A stretch of 56,764 nt of DNA, the filler included, from Dugesia japonica (Eukaryota): NCBI GenBank assembly GCA_001938525.1. It is 6 parts of 6 records of this genome, joined end to end, with 100 filler letters (N's around TTAATTAATTAA, not from the genome) between each part and the next. Parts side by side here need not be neighbours in the genome. Positions count along the whole stretch, not along the records: positions 10,960 to 20,106 come from MQRL01648528.1; 5 more parts are not named here. The stretch is one strand, 5' to 3'. The notes below the pieces were generated by a model. The model was not told the DNA's origin, searched no databases, and saw only the letters and a list, made by a program, of their open reading frames with translations. Positions 11,191 to 20,206 of this stretch are shown here, one piece after another. Made by a program: the position numbers and the translations under genes. Positions within the stretch are counted from its first letter, which is position 1; each line of letters opens with the position of its first letter.

Positions 11191-14100
11191 ATGCCAACAA
11201 TATTTAAATGTGATAATTGCCAGAAAGAATTTAAAAATAAAGCAAGTTTAAATGGACACATTTCTTCTAGAACTTGTTATAAAAATGCAACATTCAAATG
11301 TGTCAAATGTGAAAAATTATTTAAAAAGGAAAATGATTTAAAGTCACATTTAAATTCATCAAAATGTGGAAGTGAAATTTTTCCGTTAATATGTAAAATT
11401 TGCGATTTAAGTTTTACAAAACAAAATCATGCACGAGCACATTTTAATTCAGAAAAACACAAAAAATTAGTTAATAAACTTTTATTTGAACAATTACCAG
11501 GTGAAGAAGCTATTGATTACTCACCAGAAATTAGAGAAGCATTAAGACCATATAATAAATATTATGAAATAACTTATTTTAAAGAAAGTAAAGTAGAAAT
11601 GTTTCATGATGTGGAGAAATATAGGTATGTTTTTGAAATTAAAGATATTTTCTGGTTTATAGAAGAAGTGAGACAAATTATTATTAAATATTTTAAATGT
11701 GTAAATCAATCAGTTATAAGTATGATAGTAACTTCTAAATATTCAAATGAAATTAATAATGAAATTAAAGAAAGATATTTTAAATCATATTCTATTAATA
11801 AAATAATTACAGTTAAAAAAGAAATTAATACTCGTGTCAATGAAATGTTTAGTGAATTAGATAAATATATTGAAGATGAAAGTAAAGAAGGATCTGGTTG
11901 GTCAATGATGTATATTACTGATTTCACATTATATTTAAATAAATATCAATCAAAAGCTGGAGCAACATATGTTAAATTACCATTTAAAAAACCAGGTGTT
12001 ATTAACATAGTAAATAATGATAAGAAATGTTTTCTATATTCAATTTTAGCACATAAATATCGAGATTTCGATCAACCAAAAAGAGTAAATAATTATATTC
12101 CACATTTATCAGATCTTAAATATGGAGGTTTTGAATTTCCAATGAAAATAATAGACATTCCTGAATTTGAAAAATTAAATAATTATAAAATAAATGTTTT
12201 CGGTGTCGATGCTCACAAAAAACTTGAACCACTTCACATTTCTCATCACACATCAAATCCTAATCAAGAAGAAAATAAATGTAACTTACTAATATATGAA
12301 AATCATTATATCCTATGTCGTGATTTAACTATATTCTTTACAACAAATGGAAATAAAAATTATCCCTGTATTCGTTGTATGAATTGTTATTCCAATGAAG
12401 AATTATTAATTAAACATCAACAAGCATGCATTAATCAAAAACCAAATAACATTATATTTGAACATAAAGATTATTATTACTTTGATAAATTTTACCAGAA
12501 AAATAAAATACCTTTCGTATTAATAGGTGATTTCGAAGCATATACTAATTCAAATAAATATCAAAAAGCTTTATGTCTTGGAATTTATCTTCATAGTGAT
12601 CGCCATCAATTTTTAAAATCAAAATATTATCAATTCGCAGGTGAAAATATTTATGTTGATTTCTTCAACTTTTTAGACAAGATTAGTAATCAAATAGAAA
12701 TTATTAAAAATAATTTACTAATAAAAACATTACACCCTAACGTAAAATATAATAATGAAAAATGTTATTATTGTGAAAAAAAAATATATGAAAAACCTGT
12801 AAAAGATCACGATCATTTCACAGGTGAATTTCGAGGTTTTTCATGTACCAATTGTAATTTAAACGATAAAAGTATTAAAGATTTATTCATACCATTTTAC
12901 TTTCATAATGGCTCAGGTTATGATAATCATTTATTCTTTAAAGAACTCTTATTAAAATACCCAGGAAAAGTAAAAAAGATAATACCGCATTCTTCAGATA
13001 ATTATATTTCATTTCATTATGGAAATATAAGATTCTTAGATTCATGTAGATTATTACCATCGATAACAGTTGAAGGAATGGGTGAAACATTAACTAAATC
13101 AGGTAATCATAAAATATTAGATTTTTACAAATTAAAACCAAAGAAAGCTAACTTTCCATATGAATATGTAAAAGGTGAAAATATAACAGATGTCAAAAAA
13201 TTATTAAAATCGGATAAAATACCAGTAAAAGATTATTTCTTTAACACACTATCACAAAAACCAATATCTGATGAAGACTATAAAATATTTTTAGAAGACT
13301 TTTATGATTTTGATAATATGTGGGAATACATGTTACACTATATGAAATTAGATGTTTTAATTCTAGCAGATTTCTTAGAAAATTTTAGAAATTCATGTTT
13401 AAATAATTTATTGAGAATAGATCCATGTTATTCATATTCAGCTCCAGGATATTCATGGGATACTGGAATGTTAAATTCAAGAATAAAACTTAAATACGCA
13501 AAACCAGAAACATATGACATTTTCTTAATGATTGAACAAGGAATACGTGGTGGATTTTCTGGTGTTCTAGGTGAACGTCAAGTATTTTCATATGATAAAT
13601 CAAAACCATACAGACAAATAACTAAAAAACAATCAGAAGAAATATCAAAATTAGTACGTGAAGGAAAAAATATTCCAGATAAATATTTTGAAGAAGAAAC
13701 ATTTATAAAATATATTGATGAAAACAGTTTATATGCTAGTTGTATGACAAGACCACTACCAACAGGAGAATTGAAGGAATCTGACAATCTAAAATATGAA
13801 CTAGCAACTGAAAAAAAAAATTTTATATATGAAGTGGATCTAGATTACCCAAAAGAAATTCACGAAAAAACTAAATATTTCCCATTATGTCATGATAGAA
13901 TAAATATTAGACCTGAAATGTTATCCAATTACCAGAAATCTTTTAAAAAGAAAATATCAGATGATAATATAAAACTAACACTTAATCAATTCGATAAGAA
14001 AAATTATGTGGTTCTTGGTAGTACATTAGATCTTTATTTAAAACTTGGAATGAAACTAATAAAAATACATAGAAAAATTNNNNNNNNNNNNNNNNNNNNN

Positions 14101-14976
14101 NNNNNNNNNNNNNNNNNNNNNNNNNNNNNNNNNNNNNNNNNNNNNNNNNNNNNNNNNNNNNNNNNNNNNNNNNNNNNNNNNNNNNNNNNNNNNNNNNNNN
14201 NNNNNNNNNNNNNNNNNNNNNNNNNNNNNNNNNNNNNNNNNNNNNNNNNNNNNNNNNNNNNNNNNNNNNNNNNNNNNNNNNNNNNNNNNNNNNCATTTAA
14301 ATCATCTAAAATTTTCTGTGTAAATGATTCAAATGAAGCAACAATTGCGGCAATGCAAATGATAAAAGGAAAATTAAGATATAACAAATTTCCATATATA
14401 GGTTTCACAATTCTTGAACACGCAAAACAAGTAATGTATGATTTTGTTTATAATCAAATGCGACCATTAATTGGAAGTGATAACTATAAATTACATTATA
14501 CAGATACTGATTGTGTCTTTGTTGAAATAAAACATAGAAATAACCTGAAAAAATTAGTAAGTCTACTAGGTGATAACCTTTTTCAAATGAAAGATGAAAA
14601 ATCTGGGAGTGAAATAACACAAGCTAATTTTATAAAATCAAAATCATATGGTTATAGTTATATTGACAAAGGATGTACAAAGTTTGATTCTAGAAATAAA
14701 GGTGTTAAGAAAAATAATGTATTAGTAATGTCAGATTTTGATGCAGTATTAAAAGATCCAACTAAAATACTCTATGGAACAAATTATACATTAAAATCAA
14801 AAGCACATGAAATTCAAATAGTTTCTCAAAATAAAATATCACTAATGGGATTTGATGATAAAAGAATTATAGAAGATGATGGAAATGTAACATGTCCTCA
14901 TGGAAATCAATACCTTTGTAAATGTGGACAATGGCATTTAAGATTAGATTTAATAAACCATAATCTAAATTGTTAA
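11191..14976 (+). CDS. polB: Protein-primed family B DNA polymerase with N-terminal zinc fingers and an endonuclease-VII-like insert
   Basis: ExoI GDFEA, DHDHFTGEFRGFSCTNCNL, ExoII FHNGSGYD, FPYEY, ExoIII YMKLDV, RGG, motif A YIDENSLY, motif C YTDTD, KSY, KGV. Motif B falls in the N gap 14080-14293, so frame continuity across it is assumed. Confidence 0.95.
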   Translation: MPTIFKCDNCQKEFKNKASLNGHISSRTCYKNATFKCVKCEKLFKKENDLKSHLNSSKCGSEIFPLICKICDLSFTKQNHARAHFNSEKHKKLVNKLLFEQLPGEEAIDYSPEIREALRPYNKYYEITYFKESKVEMFHDVEKYRYVFEIKDIFWFIEEVRQIIIKYFKCVNQSVISMIVTSKYSNEINNEIKERYFKSYSINKIITVKKEINTRVNEMFSELDKYIEDESKEGSGWSMMYITDFTLYLNKYQSKAGATYVKLPFKKPGVINIVNNDKKCFLYSILAHKYRDFDQPKRVNNYIPHLSDLKYGGFEFPMKIIDIPEFEKLNNYKINVFGVDAHKKLEPLHISHHTSNPNQEENKCNLLIYENHYILCRDLTIFFTTNGNKNYPCIRCMNCYSNEELLIKHQQACINQKPNNIIFEHKDYYYFDKFYQKNKIPFVLIGDFEAYTNSNKYQKALCLGIYLHSDRHQFLKSKYYQFAGENIYVDFFNFLDKISNQIEIIKNNLLIKTLHPNVKYNNEKCYYCEKKIYEKPVKDHDHFTGEFRGFSCTNCNLNDKSIKDLFIPFYFHNGSGYDNHLFFKELLLKYPGKVKKIIPHSSDNYISFHYGNIRFLDSCRLLPSITVEGMGETLTKSGNHKILDFYKLKPKKANFPYEYVKGENITDVKKLLKSDKIPVKDYFFNTLSQKPISDEDYKIFLEDFYDFDNMWEYMLHYMKLDVLILADFLENFRNSCLNNLLRIDPCYSYSAPGYSWDTGMLNSRIKLKYAKPETYDIFLMIEQGIRGGFSGVLGERQVFSYDKSKPYRQITKKQSEEISKLVREGKNIPDKYFEEETFIKYIDENSLYASCMTRPLPTGELKESDNLKYELATEKKNFIYEVDLDYPKEIHEKTKYFPLCHDRINIRPEMLSNYQKSFKKKISDDNIKLTLNQFDKKNYVVLGSTLDLYLKLGMKLIKIHRKIXXXXXXXXXXXXXXXXXXXXXXXXXXXXXXXXXXXXXXXXXXXXXXXXXXXXXXXXXXXXXXXXXXXXXXXXFKSSKIFCVNDSNEATIAAMQMIKGKLRYNKFPYIGFTILEHAKQVMYDFVYNQMRPLIGSDNYKLHYTDTDCVFVEIKHRNNLKKLVSLLGDNLFQMKDEKSGSEITQANFIKSKSYGYSYIDKGCTKFDSRNKGVKKNNVLVMSDFDAVLKDPTKILYGTNYTLKSKAHEIQIVSQNKISLMGFDDKRIIEDDGNVTCPHGNQYLCKCGQWHLRLDLINHNLNC

Positions 14977-14999
14977 TATATAAAATAGCACAGCCAAGA

Positions 15000-15638
15000 A
15001 TGACAGATACAAATATTACAGAAGAAGAGTTAATTAAATTAGTAAATTCTAAAAAATGTAAATCAGTTAAAATAAATGGTAAAAATTATTATATCTCTAA
15101 AAAAGTTAAAGAAGAACTCAAATCTCGTAGTAAAGAAGGTGGATTTATACCATTATTAGCTTTAATTCCAGCAGCAATTACAGCATTAGCAACCGCTGCT
15201 GGTGGTGCAGCAGGAATTGCAAAAACAGTTGCAAATTCTAGAGAAGCTCAAGTTCAAGCTTTAGAAAAAATAAAAAAACAAAAAGAAATAGATTTACTTG
15301 ATAAACAATTAAATTCTACTGCAGTAACTACAGGAACTGGTATAAAAAACCACAAGGGTAAAAATAAAAAGAAAGTTATAAGTAGAATAAAAGGACAGGG
15401 TATTTATTTAAATCCTTATCAAGGCAGTGCAATACATAAATATTTAAAAAATATTGATCCTAAATTTAAATTGTTAACAAAAAAGTTTAAAAAAGGTCTT
15501 AAAATAATTCATAAAGGCCAGGGAATATATTTAAATCCATATAAATCAGGAAAAGGTATAGATGATGAAGATGAAGATGAAGATGAAACAGATGAATATG
15601 AAACAGAATATGATGAAGAATATGATGATGAAACATAA
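15000..15638 (+). CDS. Adenovirus pX-like virion core protein precursor
   Basis: GGFIPLLALIPAAITALATAAGGAAGIA resembles adenovirus pX GGILPLLIPLIAAAIGAVPGIA. Lys-rich middle with KGQGIYLNPY twice; acidic tail. ATG at 15000 preferred over TTG at 14970. Confidence 0.7.
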   Translation: MTDTNITEEELIKLVNSKKCKSVKINGKNYYISKKVKEELKSRSKEGGFIPLLALIPAAITALATAAGGAAGIAKTVANSREAQVQALEKIKKQKEIDLLDKQLNSTAVTTGTGIKNHKGKNKKKVISRIKGQGIYLNPYQGSAIHKYLKNIDPKFKLLTKKFKKGLKIIHKGQGIYLNPYKSGKGIDDEDEDEDETDEYETEYDEEYDDET

Positions 15639-15679
15639 GATGATGATGAATATTAAATCTATAAGAAAGAGAAGAAATA

Positions 15680-16922
15680 ATGGTAGAAAATAGAATTAAA
15701 GAATTAAATGCACTACTTTTAGCACAAGAAAAATATAATAAATTTTTTTTGTAGTCAAGTCTTAGGATATAACACTTTACAATCTAACTTATCAACTTTA
15801 CAACAACCAACATTATCTGCACTTGAAAAACTTTCATCTCAAAAAATAATAGAAACAGGTGATATATCAAAATTCTTTATAAATGAAAAAATAATACCAT
15901 TCATACCTAATATAAAAATTGATGACATAAATGTTAAAAAATTAACTTCAACAATTATTCCTAAATTTGGTAAATTAGATATTATGGGAATTGGTAAAAT
16001 TAAAAGTTTTATGGAAATAATTTTAAAAGAAAATAAAATATATTTATATACTAACACAGAAGATAAACAGAATTATTTCTTATTTAAATCTGAAGTTATA
16101 CCTTACACTGATGGAATATTTAAATTAATTTTAGGAAATATAAATGATGATGAAATAATATCACCTAATGAAATTGCGGTTTATTTAAAATTAATTTCAC
16201 CACTACCACCTCATTGTGATTATACTGATAAATTAAAAAATAAAATAGGAATAATAGATATTACTGATAGGGTTAAAAAACTCCCTACTAATAAACCAAT
16301 TAAACCAGAACAAGAAACAAATCAACCACTCGATGATGAAAACACAACCAAAGATTTATTAGAAATATTTAAAAAAGATAATATAACACCACATGATTTT
16401 AAAAATACATTATTTAAAAAAGTAACAGAAAAAACAACACCAATCGTTTATAAAAAAAATGTTAATGGAAAAGAATTCAAGAATATGAAATTCCCTAATA
16501 ATCAAAATGATATATATTTTTATAAAAGGGATGGTACTAGTTATTATCATGATGGTTTAAGAAGTCATACATTAGATAATAATTTAATTGATATGTTTTT
16601 AGGAAATATAGAAAAACTAACAAAGGAAGACATAAAAAAAAATATTGATGCATATAAAAATTTAGTAAAACCAGATCTTAATGATGAATATTTTCTTCTT
16701 TTAAATGGAAAAATAGAAGGAAAAGGAATAACTAAAAAACCACAAGGAAGACAGAAGAACCCAATTGCATTATTTGAAAAGTTAATATTATTAACTTCAG
16801 CTGTAAAATCTGGACATAACAATTTACATGCAGAAATTAAATCTCTATGTAAAAAGTTAAAATCTGAAAATTTATTATCTAACAAGATTTATAAAAAATA
16901 TAAAACTAAATATTTTAGTTAA
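15680..16922 (+). CDS. Conserved Polinton protein of unknown function (~413 aa) with one frameshift
   Basis: ATG 15680 joins the 15984-16922 frame if one T is removed from T8 at 15743-15750. C-terminus NPIALFEKLILLTSAVKSGHNNLHAEI resembles the DPNELxxRLxLLxxSxxAGN motif of Polinton ORFs. Confidence 0.6.
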
Positions 16923-16934
16923 GAAATAGCGAAG

Positions 16935-17648
16935 ATGTCTCATCAATTCTTAGTAGTTGGAAAAGAACAAGATTTAAAAGTAAACCTTGATTTCCCTATA
17001 AAATTAGATTCAGAATNTGAACTTGGAATGTTATATTTTTCATGTTACAATATTATATTTAACATTACAAATTTAAATAATAAATTTAAAATCTCACAAC
17101 CACAAGGGCAAGAAAATAAAGAAGAAAAACTAGAACCAGGATCATATGAAGTAAAAGAAATGTCATCTAGATTAGATAAATATTTAGAAATTATACCTGA
17201 CACTGCAACATCTAAATGTAACATGAAAATAAAAAACACATTAACTTTTGATAATAAATCATTCTTTCATACATTATTAGGATTTAAACCTGGAAAATAT
17301 GAACCTAAACCTGAAAAATATTATTCAGATGATAAAATTAACATTATAAATTCTAACGCGTTAAATATTACATGCAACATTGTTAAAGGTAATTATGTAA
17401 CAAATAAAACAGAAAGATCCATAAAGGAAGAAACAACTAATATTAATCTTTTATATTCATTTCCAATTAACACAGTACCATTTGGATATAAAATAGTAGA
17501 AAGACCATCACCAGCTATTTATTCTAAAATTAATACAGACTACATTGACAATTTTAAATTTAACATAGTAGATGAAAATTTTAACACAATAGATTTTAAC
17601 AATGAAACAATTACAATTTTAGTTCATTTAAGAAAGTATCGCCTTTAA
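16935..17648 (+). CDS. Minor capsid protein (penton, single jelly roll)
   Basis: PIKLD..ELGM, PGSYE, LLGF, ITCNIVKGNY, PFGYKIVERP..IY, IVDEN..IDFNNETITILVHLR: Polinton penton pattern. Confidence 0.85.
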   Translation: MSHQFLVVGKEQDLKVNLDFPIKLDSEXELGMLYFSCYNIIFNITNLNNKFKISQPQGQENKEEKLEPGSYEVKEMSSRLDKYLEIIPDTATSKCNMKIKNTLTFDNKSFFHTLLGFKPGKYEPKPEKYYSDDKINIINSNALNITCNIVKGNYVTNKTERSIKEETTNINLLYSFPINTVPFGYKIVERPSPAIYSKINTDYIDNFKFNIVDENFNTIDFNNETITILVHLRKYRL

Positions 17649-17664
17649 AACCTTTTATTATAAA

Positions 17665-18150
17665 ATGGCATATAGCGTAGCAAAAGCGAAGCCCATAAAG
17701 GAAGAAAGTGCATATAGTTTATTAGATTTTCTAAAAACATTTGGTATTAACACAACAACAAATTATGATTTATATTCAATAGCTAAATTTTTAAATCTAC
17801 CATTAGAGATTTATATGAAAAATGAAGACTTTAATATTTCAAATGAAAAATCCATAAAGGACCATAAAGGCAGAAAGGAAGAAAAATGTTACATTTTCAA
17901 CTATCAAAATTCAAATCAAAATGGAACACATTAGGTTGCTTACTATAAACATCAATATTTTGATTCTTTTGGTTTAAAACCTTTAAAACAAATCCCATGT
18001 GTAAAAGTTTACAATAAAATTCAAGTGCAACATTTTGACACTGAAATATGTGGCATTTTATGTATTTATTTTTTATATAAAATCCGACATGTTGCATTTG
18101 ATACTATAATTTTAGAGATGAAAAATTTATATAAAGAAATAGATACATAA
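17665..18150 (+). pseudogene. Adenain-like maturation cysteine protease with one premature stop
   Basis: NQNGTH*VAY..YFDSFG..QVQHFDTEICGILC. TAG at 17932-17934 replaces the Trp of GTHW; the frame then stays open to TAA at 18148-18150. Confidence 0.9.
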
Positions 18151-18175
18151 AGAGCGAAGCCTATAAAAGAAGAAA

Positions 18176-19993
18176 ATGAATAAGTTTGGTGCTACTGCTG
18201 ATTCTGGAAATTCAACAGAATTATTAAAAAATGTTAATGCTAAAATTAAAATGTCAGAAGCTCAAAATGAAAATAAATATGTAAATGAAACTGGTGACAC
18301 AATAACATCTTTAAAAATAAAAGAAGATCCTATAGAATTAAATGATGCTGTTAATTTGAAATATATAAAGTCATTAGAAGAAATATTACAGAAGCATGAA
18401 ATAATATTCAGTAAATTATTAAAAGTTGATAGTTACACATCTAACAAGTTATATTTAGAATCTAAAATCAGTGAANNNNNNNNNNNNNNNNNNNNNNNNN
18501 NNNNNNNNNNNNNNNNNNNNNNNNNNNNNNNNNNNNNNNNNNNNNNNNNNNNNNNNNNNNNNNNNNNNNNNNNNNNNNNNNNNNNNNNNNNNNNNNNNNN
18601 NNNNNNNNNNNNNNNNNNNNNNNNNNNNNNNNNNNNNNNNNNNNNNNNNNNNNNNNNNNNNNNNNNNNNNNNNNNNNNNNNNNNNNNNNNNNNNNNNNNN
18701 NNNNNNNNNNNNNNNNNNNNNNNNNNNNNNNNNNNNNNNNNNTTATTTAAAGAATATGAAAAGATAAAACCTAAACTACATAAAACTTTTATTAATAGAT
18801 TTAACATTTTATTTAAATCTAATTCATTCGAAAAAATAAAAGATTTAATTGATAATTATTTACCATATGTTTTTCTTGATACTAAAAAAAGCATATTTTC
18901 ACTTATTTGTAATGATAAAAGCGATCTTCCACAATTTACTGTTATGGATGAATATGTAACCAATTTAGATTTTAAAATAAAAGGTGGAATGGAAAATCAT
19001 CATTTTATTATTACAAATGGTTTTACAATTCATTTAACCACAAAGATAAATGAAAAAATTTATTTTGATATATCAGGTTATTATTTTCCATCTACAATCT
19101 TTACATTTCACCTAATAATTAATAATACTACTCATGAATATGTGACTAATACAAATAAAGAAAATCATATAAATTTTAGAGGAATAGTCTTAGAAACAAA
19201 AATAAATTTAATTGAAATAATTTTACCAAAATCATTCCGGTTAAATAGTATAAGTGTTTTAAGTGAAAAAATTGTAACATTTGAAGAATTAAAAGAAGAG
19301 TATGAAGAAATAAAACCTAAATTTAATAATAAACAAATTAACAATATTGATTTATTATTTAAAACTATAAATAATGAAGCTATAAGAGAAATGTTAGATA
19401 ATAGTAAAAAATATGAAGATATAACTAAAGAGTTTGAAAAGATAAAACCTTTCTTACATAAATGTTTTATTGATAAATTTAANNNNNNNNNNNNNNNNNN
19501 NNACATACAAAAAATAAAACATTTAATTGATAATTATTTACCTTATTCATATAGTTTATCTGGCTCCCAACAACGTGTAATATTTACAATTATTCCAATG
19601 AAGAAAAATGATTTACTTCCAAGTTATAATATTAATGATATTTATGTTCGCGATTTACATTTTACAAGAAAAGATTGCATAAAACATACAACATTCAATG
19701 ATCATTATTTTAATATTAAAGATACTCTAATTATTNNNNNNNNNNNNNNNNNNTTTATTGGAAGAGTAAGTATAAGTATAGATGGTTTCTGTGAAGTTCC
19801 AAAATTCACATATTACATTACTATTAATCATATGACAGGAACATTTTTATTTGTTAAACCTAATGATAATCTTATGAAAATTTATCGTGAAGGCAAAGAA
19901 ATTTTAAATGTTTATAGAATAAAATTTATTGAAATAATATTACCAAAAGGAATTTTTTTAATGAATTTAAATGTTAAACTCTCTAAAAATTAA
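18176..19993 (+). CDS. Putative fibre/spike-like protein with duplicated modules
   Basis: MNKFG start, shaft-like KYVNETGDT..DPIELNDAVNLKYI, three KE(Y/F)ExIKP helical repeats, two beta-rich domains each ending IEIILPK. Contains N gaps. Confidence 0.55.
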   Translation: MNKFGATADSGNSTELLKNVNAKIKMSEAQNENKYVNETGDTITSLKIKEDPIELNDAVNLKYIKSLEEILQKHEIIFSKLLKVDSYTSNKLYLESKISEXXXXXXXXXXXXXXXXXXXXXXXXXXXXXXXXXXXXXXXXXXXXXXXXXXXXXXXXXXXXXXXXXXXXXXXXXXXXXXXXXXXXXXXXXLFKEYEKIKPKLHKTFINRFNILFKSNSFEKIKDLIDNYLPYVFLDTKKSIFSLICNDKSDLPQFTVMDEYVTNLDFKIKGGMENHHFIITNGFTIHLTTKINEKIYFDISGYYFPSTIFTFHLIINNTTHEYVTNTNKENHINFRGIVLETKINLIEIILPKSFRLNSISVLSEKIVTFEELKEEYEEIKPKFNNKQINNIDLLFKTINNEAIREMLDNSKKYEDITKEFEKIKPFLHKCFIDKFXXXXXXXXIQKIKHLIDNYLPYSYSLSGSQQRVIFTIIPMKKNDLLPSYNINDIYVRDLHFTRKDCIKHTTFNDHYFNIKDTLIIXXXXXXFIGRVSISIDGFCEVPKFTYYITINHMTGTFLFVKPNDNLMKIYREGKEILNVYRIKFIEIILPKGIFLMNLNVKLSKN

Positions 19994-20002
19994 ATATAAG
20001 AA

Positions 20003-20106
20003 ATGGAACCTGATCAGATAAAAGATTACATGCAAAATTATCCTAGTTTACAAGATGATAATTATACAATATTAGATTTAAAAAATAAACTTGCTTTATC
20101 TAGAAT
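20003..20106 (+). CDS. Start of the next viral ORF, truncated by contig end
   Basis: ATG 10 bp after the previous stop: MEPDQIKDYMQNYPSLQDDNYTILDLKNKLALSR. Confidence 0.55.
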
Positions 20107-20206
20107 NNNNNNNNNNNNNNNNNNNNNNNNNNNNNNNNNNNNNNNNNNNNTTAATTAATTAANNNNNNNNNNNNNNNNNNNNNNNNNNNNNNNNNNNNNN
20201 NNNNNN
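20107..20206. other. Artificial contig linker
   Basis: 44 N + TTAATTAATTAA + 44 N. Confidence 0.97.

Larger units (their letters stand above)
10960..20106 (+). mobile_element. Polinton/Maverick (adintovirus-like) endogenous virus, partial and nearly intact
   Basis: Intronless, tightly packed, same-strand pPolB, pX-like, penton, adenain and fibre-like genes. Major capsid, ATPase and integrase are not in this contig. Confidence 0.92.

Noticed and set aside
13982-14408. X-rich ORFs here and at other gaps
   Set aside because: Produced by reading through N runs.
17932-17934. Alternative genetic code with TAG read as Trp
   Set aside because: Single instance; other Trp codons in the element are TGG.
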